Part shown: piece by piece, positions 1 through 8,865 of the stretch
Position numbering within the stretch: position 1 is the first letter of the stretch
Layout: every line of letters starts with the position of its first letter
Source of the DNA: a virus
Direction: 5' to 3' (one strand)
Virus genome (UHGV): UHGV-0256468
Length of the DNA: 21,977 nucleotides
Position numbers and translations under genes: made by a program
The notes under the pieces: model-generated
Databases searched by the model: none
What the model saw: the letters and a program-made list of their open reading frames with translations, nothing else
Told to the model about the DNA's origin: nothing

Positions 1-2
1 TT

Positions 3-551
3 AAAAGTTTGTGTGACAAAAGAAGCATCATTTACACTCGTTATGCTGATGATATGCTTTTTTCGAGCTCCGGGAAAGACAAACTTCTTGGAAGTGAACA
101 TTTTGACAACGAGATATCAACTATTGTCAATACGGCAGGACTGTCCCTCAACAAACATAAAAAAATATTTAAGAAAGGCATAATCTCACTAAACGGCTAT
201 ATAATAGAAAATAAAAATGGAGGGGGAGAGAGAGGGAGTATAAGAATATCTAATGGAAAAATGTATTTAATACGGAAAGCACTAGATAAATTTAAAAAGG
301 GATATTCTAAAGAGCATATTTGCAAAAAGGTATTTTCTGTTAAATCACCAACTGTCAAGTATAATAACAATGCAGATCAGTTTGTAACGGATTTTTATAA
401 TTCACAATTCTCTAATAAGTTGGCTGGTTATCGTTCATATTTAATATCATTAGTAAAATTTAATGATAAATTCAGATGTTTTCACGAAAACGAAATCACC
501 AAATACTCAGTGATTATTGATGAAATTTCTAATGCACTGCTAAAACCCTAG
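3..551 (+). CDS. Reverse transcriptase, C-terminal part (5' end lies outside the window); defence-associated RT of retron / Abi-P2-like type
   Basis: The reading frame is open from the window edge (the ORF track starts it at an internal TTG at 9). The translation has the RT active-site motif YADD in the context IIYTRYADDMLFSS, followed by about 165 aa of thumb/C-terminal extension. The gene lies in an AT-rich block beside tail-fibre assembly gene G, where P2-like phages carry variable cargo. No alignment was run. Confidence 0.7.
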   Translation, partial: KSLCDKRSIIYTRYADDMLFSSSGKDKLLGSEHFDNEISTIVNTAGLSLNKHKKIFKKGIISLNGYIIENKNGGGERGSIRISNGKMYLIRKALDKFKKGYSKEHICKKVFSVKSPTVKYNNNADQFVTDFYNSQFSNKLAGYRSYLISLVKFNDKFRCFHENEITKYSVIIDEISNALLKP

Positions 552-571
552 CCTTAGAAAGTTAATGTTTT

Positions 572-596
572 GGCCCTAAAGCAAGGGCCTTAATAG
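572..596 (+). terminator. Candidate stem-loop terminator downstream of the RT gene (GGCCCT-AAAGCA-AGGGCC followed by TTAATAG)
   Basis: Perfect 6-bp inverted repeat with a 6-nt loop about 20 nt after the RT stop codon. The downstream U-tract is weak. Confidence 0.3.
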
Positions 597-973
597 TAAA
601 AATAGTTACCAGCATAAGTATTCCTTCAACTAATCACACAAATTAACGTTAGCAACGTTCCCTTTTTACACCGTCTGAGCACTAAGCTGTCGGTCATTCT
701 GGTCTACCATACTATTATACGTAACATCCAAGAGTGTTCCTGCAAACGGTCGTAGAAAATGCGGGCTTCGCCATTTTCTGGCCGACGCCGGTCTCGTCGA
801 GTTCTTCTGACTGTTCAAGTGCAAATGCGCCTGTAGGTATCCCTACAAAAGAAACCATCAACTTTCAGATAGTATCTGGCACTCCAACTCCCGCTGTTGA
901 CTCGGAGCAGACTGTCAGATTAAGTTTTACTCTGTGCCATAGATACGTTAGCTCACTCCAGATATCATACAAC

Positions 974-1501
974 TTATTGTGGTATTTCCGGCCATTCAGG
1001 ATTTGCAGGATCCACACGGCTGACCAGAACGCTGTAGCGTTCCCATGACTCCAGTCGTGCGCGCTCCTCATCCGTCGCCATATTCAGCCTGACGGCGCGT
1101 TCCAGCGGCTGAATAACGCTTTCCGCTTCGGAAAGTAACGCGGCCTTTTGTGATTCTGCCTGTTGTTGCTGTTCATCTGCCGTATAAATCCGTTTAACCA
1201 CAGCACCATCCTTAAACATCCATTTACCTGAGTCGTCAGCACGTCGATTGGAGGTAATATCAGGAACCTCAACAACGCTAAAACCTTCAGGATTAAGCGT
1301 TGAAGCATCTCTGGTGATGGCGACAATAATATTATTTTCATCGTAAACAATCTTTATTGTGTCTGGCTGAAAGTTCTTCACTTCCTCATACCAGTTTTTT
1401 CCGTCTTCGGACCATAACCAGATAACATCAAAATTCTTTGTTAGCTGATATTGCTCTTTTGTTTTTGGATTACCTGACTTAATGTTCTTTAAATGCTGCA
1501 T
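974..1501 (-). CDS. G: Tail fibre assembly protein (P2 gpG-like)
   Basis: 175-aa ORF immediately downstream of the tail-fibre gene on the same strand. Length and position match P2 G. Confidence 0.85.
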   Translation of the reverse strand: MQHLKNIKSGNPKTKEQYQLTKNFDVIWLWSEDGKNWYEEVKNFQPDTIKIVYDENNIIVAITRDASTLNPEGFSVVEVPDITSNRRADDSGKWMFKDGAVVKRIYTADEQQQQAESQKAALLSEAESVIQPLERAVRLNMATDEERARLESWERYSVLVSRVDPANPEWPEIPQ

Positions 1502-1504
1502 AAC

Positions 1505-3514
1505 TTATACCTGCGCAACGTTATACCATGTGCCATTGATGTACTTTTGTATCGGCCTGAAGATGGCTTCATCATCGCCATCTACTTCACCAATGATTCT
1601 TAATCCGGTAATCGTGTGTCCGGCTTTTTCATAACGACCACCTCGCGCCATCAATTGAACAACTCGCGTACCCAGGCGAACATCTTTCACATAGCGGGAA
1701 TCGAAATTTCCCCAGTTGCTGGGTTGCATCTGACCGTTAACAGCAAATATTACCGAGTTATCTGTATTTCGCTGGCTATAGAAATGCCATCCGGCCTCAT
1801 CGCCTAATTCTGCAACCACTGGACGGGTGGAAGCACCCCATAAATTAAAGGTAATATTCTTCGTGGATGTGTTAGAGCTGGATAGCGAGAACTTTTTACT
1901 ATCCCCTGCCTGAATATTTTTAAAAGCAATAGCCACTCCATTCTGAAAACGGAATACTCGCTGACTGTTAGCATAAACATCAAGAATACCGTCTCCATTC
2001 TGTTTAAATCCGGTATCATTATCACCAAGAACAATTGAGCTACCACCTAGTGCATTCGTCGTACCAACTCCAAAACAGCCATTAATGACGGCATTAACAA
2101 GAATATTTAGTGCATCCCATTTCAACGTCATCAGGTCTTTTGTTGTGGTACTCTGGCGGCTTCTCCATTTGAAATATTCATTGCCGTTATCCCCCGTTTC
2201 AAACCACATGTATGAATCAGTGTCACCATCGGCATCATTTTTAAATCCAATCTTCGCCCAGTCAGTATTTCGAATCCAGGCAAGGATTGAGTCGTTTTCA
2301 AAAGTAAGTCCACCGGACAAGGTATCGCCATTCTTTTGCACCGCGTTCCTGGCCCTGTTTACCGTTTCCTGCAAACCGAGATATTCGATAACGGCGGCAA
2401 CGGTCGCTTTAGCCAGAATATCCCGTCCGACTTTTGTCAGGGTTGCCAGGCTGGCAACATCATTCCCCGTAAAATACGGAAACCTGTCTGACGCAGTAGC
2501 AAGCCCCGCCAGCGCCGTCAAAGTGGCATCTTTCGGTTGCTTACCCGCAAGCGCATTAGTCATGGTGGTAGCAAAATTCGGGTCATTGCCCAGCGCCGCC
2601 GCCAGCTCGTTCAGCGTATTCAGTGCGTCAGGCGACGAGTCTACAAGGGCGGCAATCGCGGCCATAACGAAAGCCGTGTTTGCGATCTGAGTATTATTCG
2701 TTCCCTGTCGCGCAGTTGGCGTCGTTGGCGTTCCGGTCAGTGCAGGGCTGTTTAATGGCGCTTTCTTGTTCGTTTCATCCATTACCGTCTTAACGGCTTT
2801 TGGTGTTGCGGCGAGCGTCTCAGACATGCTGTTGGTCGCACTACTTAGCTGGACAAGACCTTTTCGCGCTGTGGTAGCGTCCTGTGCGGTATATTTCCCG
2901 TTAGCAAGGTCATATGCGGCCTTAACCGCTTTCGGCGTTGCGGCCAGTGTTTCAGACGTGCTGTTGGTCGCATTGCTTAACTGAGTAAAACCTTTTGCGG
3001 TCAGCGAGGCGTCCGGGTGACGTCGTGACTGTTCATGCTCTGCAATTTTGTCATTAACGTAATCCTGCGTCGCCATCACCGTTGTGGTGTCAATGGTCAG
3101 CTCCACTGAGGCCACACTGCTGACGATGATGATCATGCGGCAGGTCTGCGAACGCCCTGAGCCTTCGGCAAGGGTAGGTTTATAACTTTCGGCCATGTTC
3201 GCCACGGCAATTAACGTTCCCGCATCATCGTACAGGCCAAGCTCTCGCATCCAGAAACCGCCCACCTCCGGCGGAATAACCAGCTCTGCGATAATATAAT
3301 TACTGTTTCGTTTGTCCTGGCTGATTTTGTTCAGCGCATGTCGCCAGACTTCATGGATAAGCCCGGTCTGTCCGGCATCCGGGACAGGCAATTTACCACC
3401 GCCATCCCCGACGGCCATCGTGGTAATGTTGACCTTCCGCCCTCCCGGCGCGGTTGCCGCTGCCAGCTTTGCTGCACCGGCAGTGGTGATAACGGTTCTG
3501 AATTTTGTGCTCAT
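1505..3514 (-). CDS. H: Tail fibre protein (P2 gpH-like)
   Basis: 669-aa ORF with Ala/Thr/Ser/Gly-rich fibre sequence and an internal repeated motif (ATNSxSETLAATPKAVK). Same length as P2 H and located between I and G. Confidence 0.9.
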   Translation of the reverse strand: MSTKFRTVITTAGAAKLAAATAPGGRKVNITTMAVGDGGGKLPVPDAGQTGLIHEVWRHALNKISQDKRNSNYIIAELVIPPEVGGFWMRELGLYDDAGTLIAVANMAESYKPTLAEGSGRSQTCRMIIIVSSVASVELTIDTTTVMATQDYVNDKIAEHEQSRRHPDASLTAKGFTQLSNATNSTSETLAATPKAVKAAYDLANGKYTAQDATTARKGLVQLSSATNSMSETLAATPKAVKTVMDETNKKAPLNSPALTGTPTTPTARQGTNNTQIANTAFVMAAIAALVDSSPDALNTLNELAAALGNDPNFATTMTNALAGKQPKDATLTALAGLATASDRFPYFTGNDVASLATLTKVGRDILAKATVAAVIEYLGLQETVNRARNAVQKNGDTLSGGLTFENDSILAWIRNTDWAKIGFKNDADGDTDSYMWFETGDNGNEYFKWRSRQSTTTKDLMTLKWDALNILVNAVINGCFGVGTTNALGGSSIVLGDNDTGFKQNGDGILDVYANSQRVFRFQNGVAIAFKNIQAGDSKKFSLSSSNTSTKNITFNLWGASTRPVVAELGDEAGWHFYSQRNTDNSVIFAVNGQMQPSNWGNFDSRYVKDVRLGTRVVQLMARGGRYEKAGHTITGLRIIGEVDGDDEAIFRPIQKYINGTWYNVAQV
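2790..2984. repeat. Imperfect direct repeat of about 60 bp, two copies 132 bp apart, inside the tail-fibre gene
   Basis: The two copies are visible as the duplicated peptide LTAFGVAASVSD(M/V)LLVALL in the opposite-strand shadow ORF at 2766..2984, and as ATNSxSETLAATPKAVK repeated 44 aa apart in H. Confidence 0.6.
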
Positions 3515-3524
3515 TATTCCTCAC

Positions 3525-4055
3525 TTATCCGGGGTAAACCGTAATTACATCGCCGTCGTAAGCCACACCACCGGCGAACAGATAGCCGGGAATGTCCCGG
3601 GTAATGTTCAGGCCAATAAGGTGGCGGCTTGCAGGTTTGGCATCGGCAATCAGCCGTTCCATTTCCTGATACATTGCCTCTGTGATACCGCTTTCCAGTA
3701 CACCAATATCAAGCCGGAAGGTGCCGGGCGGGTCACTGTTTTCCCACCACTCCGTCACGTTGATGAGATAGCCGAGCGGCTCCACCACACGCCGGATTGC
3801 ACCTATCGTGCCCTTATGACAGTGGATGAAATAGGCATCGCGGATAACGGCGCGTTTTGTCGCTTCCGGCCACTTTTCATCCCACCTGTCGACCGAAAAC
3901 GCCCACGCCAGCCACGGCAGCAGATTTGCCGGGCAGGTGTCCGGGTTCCACAGTTCACGAATCCTGACCGGCGTTTTTTCAATTTCCGCACAGGCTTTTG
4001 CGGCGGCGACCTCAAGCGGTGATGAGCCGGTCGGCAGCAGTCGCGAATCACTCAT
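3525..4055 (-). CDS. I: Baseplate assembly protein (P2 gpI-like)
   Basis: 176-aa ORF between J and H. Length and synteny match P2 I. It overlaps J by 8 nt, consistent with translational coupling. Confidence 0.85.
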   Translation of the reverse strand: MSDSRLLPTGSSPLEVAAAKACAEIEKTPVRIRELWNPDTCPANLLPWLAWAFSVDRWDEKWPEATKRAVIRDAYFIHCHKGTIGAIRRVVEPLGYLINVTEWWENSDPPGTFRLDIGVLESGITEAMYQEMERLIADAKPASRHLIGLNITRDIPGYLFAGGVAYDGDVITVYPG

Positions 4056-4956
4056 CCGAGCCTCCGGTCACGACGCGGTATTCGGTACAGAAAGACGCCT
4101 GCGTACTGTTGAGCACGATGTCGGCCAGTGGTGCAGCCAGTTCGACACGCTGCACACCTTCCACATGCAAAGCGGCATAAATGGCAGACAGACGGATGTC
4201 GCGCCCCAGCCGGTGCTGTGCCGTGATATACGCTTCCAGCTTTTTCACAGCGGCAGCGCGGATGGGTTCGCTTTCGGGACCAGGGTAAAGGTAAAGCGTG
4301 GCGTTTATCTGGTATTCAACGATGGCGGCAGACTGCACGGTCACGCGGTCGGCCACCGGCCTGACGTCCTCGCCATTAAGGGCGTTACGCACCACAGCCA
4401 GCAGGTCTTCGGATGCGACGCCGTTATTTTCACGTGACAGCACAGAGATGGTGACACAGGCAGGAGACGGACTGGTGACAGAAATATCCGCGACACGCCC
4501 GTCAGCACTGCGACCATGATACTGATAGGCTCCCACTGACCCGGCGACGCTTAAGCCCTCAAAAGCCTGCTGAATACGCAGACGATAATCGGTGTCAGAT
4601 TCCATCACTGCCGGTGTCGGCGGAATGGTCGAATCATCTGCCAGGGTGATAGTCAGGCGCGTGGTGTTGTAATTGGCACCAATCATATCAAGGTCATTAC
4701 CGGCGGCACAGGCCAGCATCACCGCCCGCGCGGCCTCATTCACACGCTGACGCCAGATAAGCTCACGATAAGCATTTTCTTCCAGCAGTTTGACGAGAGG
4801 CTCAGATTCCAGTGTCAGGCTACGGGCGACCGCCTCCTGCTGGTCTTCCGGGTAAATGGAAATCAGTGTCGCCTTGCGTTCAGCGAGAATGGTTTCAAAG
4901 TCCAGCTCCTCGACCACATCCGGTGCGGGTAGCTGGTTCAGGTCGATAATCGGCAT
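4048..4956 (-). CDS. J: Baseplate wedge protein (P2 gpJ-like)
   Basis: 302-aa ORF. Length and synteny match P2 J. Confidence 0.88.
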   Translation of the reverse strand: MPIIDLNQLPAPDVVEELDFETILAERKATLISIYPEDQQEAVARSLTLESEPLVKLLEENAYRELIWRQRVNEAARAVMLACAAGNDLDMIGANYNTTRLTITLADDSTIPPTPAVMESDTDYRLRIQQAFEGLSVAGSVGAYQYHGRSADGRVADISVTSPSPACVTISVLSRENNGVASEDLLAVVRNALNGEDVRPVADRVTVQSAAIVEYQINATLYLYPGPESEPIRAAAVKKLEAYITAQHRLGRDIRLSAIYAALHVEGVQRVELAAPLADIVLNSTQASFCTEYRVVTGGSDE

Positions 4957-4960
4957 GGTT

Positions 4961-5308
4961 TCAACTCACAGGGATGGTTAACGAAAGTGGCTGGCCGGTG
5001 TCGTTGTGCTGGCCGGTTAACGTGACCGTCATTCGCCCGTCAAAACTGCGCGCCGTAGTGACGGATGACAGGGTGACGCGGGGTTCCCATTTCAGCACCG
5101 CCATGTAACAGGCGACCTTAATCTGCAACTCAAGCGCCGGGGTCTGCGGCTGGTCAATCATTGATGCCAGCAACGAGCCGTAATCACGACGCATCACCCG
5201 TGAGCCGACCGGTGTGCGCAGGATATCACCGATACTCTGGCTGATATGCTCAAGGTCAGTGACAGTCAGGCCATCACTGCGATTCATTCCGAGATAACGC
5301 GCTGTCAT
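4961..5308 (-). CDS. W: Baseplate protein (P2 gpW-like, gp25 family)
   Basis: 115-aa ORF. Length and synteny match P2 W. Its start overlaps the V stop by 4 nt. Confidence 0.85.
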   Translation of the reverse strand: MTARYLGMNRSDGLTVTDLEHISQSIGDILRTPVGSRVMRRDYGSLLASMIDQPQTPALELQIKVACYMAVLKWEPRVTLSSVTTARSFDGRMTVTLTGQHNDTGQPLSLTIPVS

Positions 5309-5940
5309 AAAGGACTCCCGGTTGTGCCGCCGCTGTCGCCGGGGTGTTTATGGGTATGCAGTACCTTACCGTTTGATGAGAGTTCACCGCCGGTGTGTTC
5401 AATGTTGCCGCGCATCGTCCCGCCCTTCTGCACTTCCAGCGTGCCGGTAGTCAGTTTGTTGGTGCAGACCACTTCCGGTGTGTCCAGGGTGATGCGGGTT
5501 GATGCTTTCACCATAACCACCGGCACCGTGGCAGTAACAGAATCAGAAGCCATCACGCTGGCCGTTTTAACTCCGCTTACCGTGAGCGCACTGGTTTCAG
5601 GTTCATACTCAATCACCGCCCCGTCAGGGAAACGGATATGCAGGGCATCCGCCGACGCAGACGGCGCGGGGTTATCGCCGGAATAAATCCCCGGCAGAAC
5701 GAACGCCGTGTCGAGTTCACCGCCCACGGCCAGAATCAGCACCTGTTCCCCCACGGAAGGTGCCCACCATGTGCGCGAACGTCCGGCGCGATGGGTCAGC
5801 CACTGAAGCCAGTCGGTGCACATGCCGCCGGTCTGCACACGGCAGCGACCGGCGTTAAGGTCGGTTTCGACGACAAGGCCGGTGCGGATCATGTTGCGCA
5901 GTGCGCGCGCGAGTTCCTGAATATTTGCGAGAGTGTTCAT
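5305..5940 (-). CDS. V: Baseplate hub/spike protein (P2 gpV-like)
   Basis: 211-aa ORF. Length and synteny match P2 V. Confidence 0.85.
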   Translation of the reverse strand: MNTLANIQELARALRNMIRTGLVVETDLNAGRCRVQTGGMCTDWLQWLTHRAGRSRTWWAPSVGEQVLILAVGGELDTAFVLPGIYSGDNPAPSASADALHIRFPDGAVIEYEPETSALTVSGVKTASVMASDSVTATVPVVMVKASTRITLDTPEVVCTNKLTTGTLEVQKGGTMRGNIEHTGGELSSNGKVLHTHKHPGDSGGTTGSPL

Positions 5941-5951
5941 AACGGGAAGGA

Positions 5952-5975
5952 TGCCGCCGGGTCATACCGGCGGCA
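5952..5975. promoter_or_regulatory. Perfect 9-bp inverted repeat (TGCCGCCGG-GTCATA-CCGGCGGCA) in the S-V intergenic region
   Basis: Read directly from the sequence. It sits about 12 nt upstream of the V start codon and about 30 nt downstream of the S stop. In P2 this interval holds the late promoter for the V operon. Confidence 0.3.
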
Positions 5976-6006
5976 ATGTGACGATGAGGTGTCGGGGATG
6001 GCACAA

Positions 6007-6459
6007 CTAACGGTCGAGGTGCGCCAGAATAATCTCTTCAATCATCTGCACATCCTCACCGGTAAAGCCGAGCAGAGGACGCGCCGGATAATCAATTTTC
6101 TTACCGTCTTTCCGGGTTTCTTCCGACAGACCGAACTGATGCACGCTGGCGATTTTCGGTGACTTCCCGCCGTAAAACTCCATTGATGCCTGTTCCGGGC
6201 TGGCGCGGATATGCAAAAAACGACTGGTGATAAGTTTCGCAAACATTTTTCGCTTAACACGACCAGTCTTTTTTCTGGCGCTCTGCTGCTGGCGTGGCGC
6301 GTAGGGTGTGCCGTCCGGGGCTTTCTGAGCCATCACCCGACGCTGCTGACTCTGCCGCAGACGTTTCGCCAGTTCGGCACTCAGTCGCCGACGCCCTGAC
6401 GGTGACAGCGATTCAATCAGCCCGGTCAGCCGGTCTTCAAAACGCTTAAACTCATTCAT
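6007..6459 (-). CDS. S: Tail completion protein (P2 gpS-like)
   Basis: 150-aa ORF. Length and synteny match P2 S. It overlaps R by 8 nt. Confidence 0.85.
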   Translation of the reverse strand: MNEFKRFEDRLTGLIESLSPSGRRRLSAELAKRLRQSQQRRVMAQKAPDGTPYAPRQQQSARKKTGRVKRKMFAKLITSRFLHIRASPEQASMEFYGGKSPKIASVHQFGLSEETRKDGKKIDYPARPLLGFTGEDVQMIEEIILAHLDR

Positions 6460-6919
6460 CCCACTTGCTCACCAGTTCGCCATTGATATAAAGCTCCATC
6501 GGGCGGGTGACCGGCTCCGGCGGCGTGGGTTCCGGGATATTCTTCACATGCAGTGCGCCGTCAACCTCACTGACCAGCGTGCGCTCGGTCAGCATCAGGC
6601 TGATGCTGATATCAAAGCTGCTGTCATTGTTGATGTCCGCATAAAACGTGAAGCCCTTTTTCTGGCCTGCGTCGGTGGTCATGATGTCGGGCTGATTTTC
6701 CCGCAGCCACGCCAGCACCGGCACGATGAGCAGGTCAAAATCACCGGTAAAGTCGGTCACAATGACATTGAGCGTGTAACGCTTTTCGAATGACAACGAC
6801 GCCGCCAGCGTGGAGGCAATACTCCCGTTATCCACGAATATCCGCAGCATATCGGGGTTAGTTTTCAGCACCGTGACGGCATCAGTCAGCGCCCTGCGCA
6901 GGCTGTCGGGTTTGAGCAT
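6452..6919 (-). CDS. R: Tail completion protein (P2 gpR-like)
   Basis: 155-aa ORF. Length and synteny match P2 R. Confidence 0.85.
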   Translation of the reverse strand: MLKPDSLRRALTDAVTVLKTNPDMLRIFVDNGSIASTLAASLSFEKRYTLNVIVTDFTGDFDLLIVPVLAWLRENQPDIMTTDAGQKKGFTFYADINNDSSFDISISLMLTERTLVSEVDGALHVKNIPEPTPPEPVTRPMELYINGELVSKWDE

Positions 6920-7172
6920 CGTTTTCGTCCTGACAGTGTTTAATCATTTTTACCTGGCTGGCACAGCGCGCCAGCGCGTTCTCAAGCTGCCGGATATCGG
7001 CACTTAAATCACCGTTCGTCTCCGGGTCGCTGCCCGGCATCGGGCAAAGACTCACTTTCGGGCAGGCGTTGTGGACAATCACTGGCGTCGGTGCAGGCCG
7101 GACGCTGGTGCAACCGGCGCACAGCATCAGGCAGGTCAGCGCCGTACCAGCGGCGAAAATCTTCGTTTTCAT
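6882..7172 (-). CDS. lysC: Rz1-like outer-membrane spanin (P2 LysC-like)
   Basis: Internal ATG at 7172 of the 6882..7289 ORF gives 96 aa starting MKTKIFAAGTALTCLMLCAGC, with a proline-rich mature part. It lies out of frame inside the 3' part of lysB and runs into the start of R, the overlapped Rz/Rz1 arrangement. The lipobox is not canonical, so the start is uncertain. Confidence 0.6.
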   Translation of the reverse strand: MKTKIFAAGTALTCLMLCAGCTSVRPAPTPVIVHNACPKVSLCPMPGSDPETNGDLSADIRQLENALARCASQVKMIKHCQDENDAQTRQPAQGAD

Positions 7173-7452
7173 TAAGTAACCTCGTGATGGTTTTCTCGCG
7201 CTGTGCTTCACGCTTCGCGGCGTTCTCCAGTTCCTGACGCAGTGCCACCTGCGCCATCTCGTTTTTGTCTGCCCTGGTGAGGGCAACATGAAGCTGATTT
7301 TTCAGCATGGTGATGGTCGTCTGCTGTTCACTGGCGACGTTGTTCGCCCTGTCCAGCGAGGCGCGCAGGCTGGCATTTTTATGTTTCACCAGAAACAGAC
7401 CGGCCACCGCCAGCGATAACAACACGACCAGCACAGTCATCAGCTTTGACAT
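7009..7452 (-). CDS. lysB: Rz-like inner-membrane spanin (P2 LysB-like)
   Basis: 147-aa ORF with an N-terminal transmembrane segment (LMTVLVVLLSLAVAGLFLV) followed by a charged, coiled-coil-like region. It sits between lysA and R. Confidence 0.75.
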   Translation of the reverse strand: MSKLMTVLVVLLSLAVAGLFLVKHKNASLRASLDRANNVASEQQTTITMLKNQLHVALTRADKNEMAQVALRQELENAAKREAQREKTITRLLNENEDFRRWYGADLPDAVRRLHQRPACTDASDCPQRLPESESLPDAGQRPGDER

Positions 7453-7865
7453 GGTTCCCGCCCCTCAAAACGCTGACGGCAGGCCGTACGTATCAGCCGG
7501 AAGAACAGCGATACCACGAGATAAATCAGCGCGGTAAAAATCCACCCGGCAGCGACCAGCGAGATAAACGTCGCCACCATCACTACCAGAGCCACCGCCC
7601 GTCTGCGCCACGGCACCGGCTGCAAAAACAGCGACGTGACAATCTTCACGGCCAGCGATTCCGGCGGCAGCTCTCGCCCGTAGCGTTCCAGTACATACTC
7701 TGTGGCATACACGCCGACACCGCCGGCAACCACACAGATAACCGTCGCCAGAATCGCCCAGGCGGCGACAAAACTGACGGCCACGCTCTGCGGGTAAATC
7801 AGGGACAGTGCCAGCATCAGCGCCAGCGACACGTTCAGCATCAGTGAAAGGGATAATTTCTTCAT
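7440..7865 (-). CDS. lysA: Lysis timing membrane protein (P2 LysA-like)
   Basis: 141-aa ORF with several hydrophobic helices, directly downstream of the endolysin gene. Same length as P2 LysA. Confidence 0.75.
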   Translation of the reverse strand: MKKLSLSLMLNVSLALMLALSLIYPQSVAVSFVAAWAILATVICVVAGGVGVYATEYVLERYGRELPPESLAVKIVTSLFLQPVPWRRRAVALVVMVATFISLVAAGWIFTALIYLVVSLFFRLIRTACRQRFEGREPCQS

Positions 7866-7879
7866 GGTGTTTACTCCGT

Positions 7880-8377
7880 TTAAGCCGGTACGCCGCCAGC
7901 GGTACGCCAGACGGTGACCAGTTTTTCCAGTGAATGCTCACGCTGACCGTAACCGGCACCCGGCAGGGACGCCCAGATATTGCGACAGCGTGAAATGGCG
8001 CGCTCAATGCGTCCCGCCCGGATGTCATCCAGTGCACCGCGTTCGCGGATCAACTGAATGGCGAGCCTGTCCTGTGACAACGGACTGAAATCCGGCAGGG
8101 CAAGCTGTTTGCGGTAGTGCGGCCAGAACAGGTAAAGCTGCTGATAGCGACCGGAGGCCGTGGATTTTTCACCGCGACGGTTAAACACCTTCGCCGGTCG
8201 GCCATGCGCGAACGGGTGGTCACTGTAGTCAGTGAAGATTTCCGGCTTTCCGTCCAGTCCGGTGACTATCACGTCATAGCCCCGGTTTTTCGTCAGCGGA
8301 TGATTCGCCGTCCCTTCGGACACGGCCAGCATGTCGAGAAAGGCGGCGATATTCTGATGCGTGTTAATTACCGGCAT
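7880..8377 (-). CDS. K: Endolysin (P2 gpK-like lysozyme)
   Basis: 165-aa soluble ORF between the holin and lysA genes. Length and position match P2 K. Confidence 0.88.
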   Translation of the reverse strand: MPVINTHQNIAAFLDMLAVSEGTANHPLTKNRGYDVIVTGLDGKPEIFTDYSDHPFAHGRPAKVFNRRGEKSTASGRYQQLYLFWPHYRKQLALPDFSPLSQDRLAIQLIRERGALDDIRAGRIERAISRCRNIWASLPGAGYGQREHSLEKLVTVWRTAGGVPA

Positions 8378-8658
8378 TACTGTTTCCCCCTGCCCTTAAA
8401 GCGGCGCTGAATGGCAATCTCAATCACCTGATAACCGGCGATACCCAGCATGGAGCCGATGCCGCACACCGCAGGCAGTGACAGGTCAGGAAACTGCACC
8501 AGAACAACACCGGCAACCATCGAGACAAAACCACCGAGCAACATGCGCCCGATAAACAGACGCGGGGTGATGGGTTCACCACCGGCAAGCACCTTGCCGA
8601 CAACAATCAGCACCCCAATCATGAAAAGCGACAGGACGCTTTTTTCTTCTGCTGTCAT
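8377..8658 (-). CDS. Y: Holin (P2 gpY-like)
   Basis: 93-aa ORF with hydrophobic helices and a charged C-terminus (RRFKGRGKQ). Same length as P2 Y. Confidence 0.8.
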   Translation of the reverse strand: MTAEEKSVLSLFMIGVLIVVGKVLAGGEPITPRLFIGRMLLGGFVSMVAGVVLVQFPDLSLPAVCGIGSMLGIAGYQVIEIAIQRRFKGRGKQ

Positions 8659-8661
8659 GCG

Positions 8662-8865
8662 TTACTCCCACAGATTGACAGTTTCAGCCACGGGCGCGGT
8701 CTGAACGTCGGGCAGTTCGACGGCGGTGCCATGTGGCAGCACCGCCCCCAGTTCAGCCAGTCCCGGATTTGCGGCGAGCACAGCCTCGACCACGCCCTCA
8801 GTGCGCCCGTAATACCGGACACAGATGGCGTCGAGCGTGTCGCCCTGTAGCGCAAAGGTCTTCAT
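8662..8865 (-). CDS. X: Tail protein X (P2 gpX-like, LysM-like)
   Basis: Internal ATG at 8865 gives 67 aa (MKTFALQGDTLDAICVRYYG...), the same length as P2 X. The start overlaps the L stop codon. Confidence 0.8.
   Translation of the reverse strand: MKTFALQGDTLDAICVRYYGRTEGVVEAVLAANPGLAELGAVLPHGTAVELPDVQTAPVAETVNLWE

Noticed and set aside
734-1071. Two overlapping ORFs (734..1048 plus, 865..1071 minus) between the RT cargo and gene G
   Set aside because: They overlap each other and the 3' end of G, and lack ribosome-binding sites. I considered an inverted tail-fibre remnant (as in invertible fibre segments) for the plus-strand frame but see no repeat or motif to support it.
2085-2690. 201-aa plus-strand ORF antisense to the tail-fibre gene H, and similar long shadow ORFs (e.g. 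3312..4022, 5638..6162, 9471..10070, 12408..13118, 13632..14081, 14537..14995, 7465..8037)
   Set aside because: Each lies entirely inside a confidently assigned phage gene on the other strand in GC-rich DNA, where long stop-free antisense frames are expected. None has an independent start context or recognisable motif.
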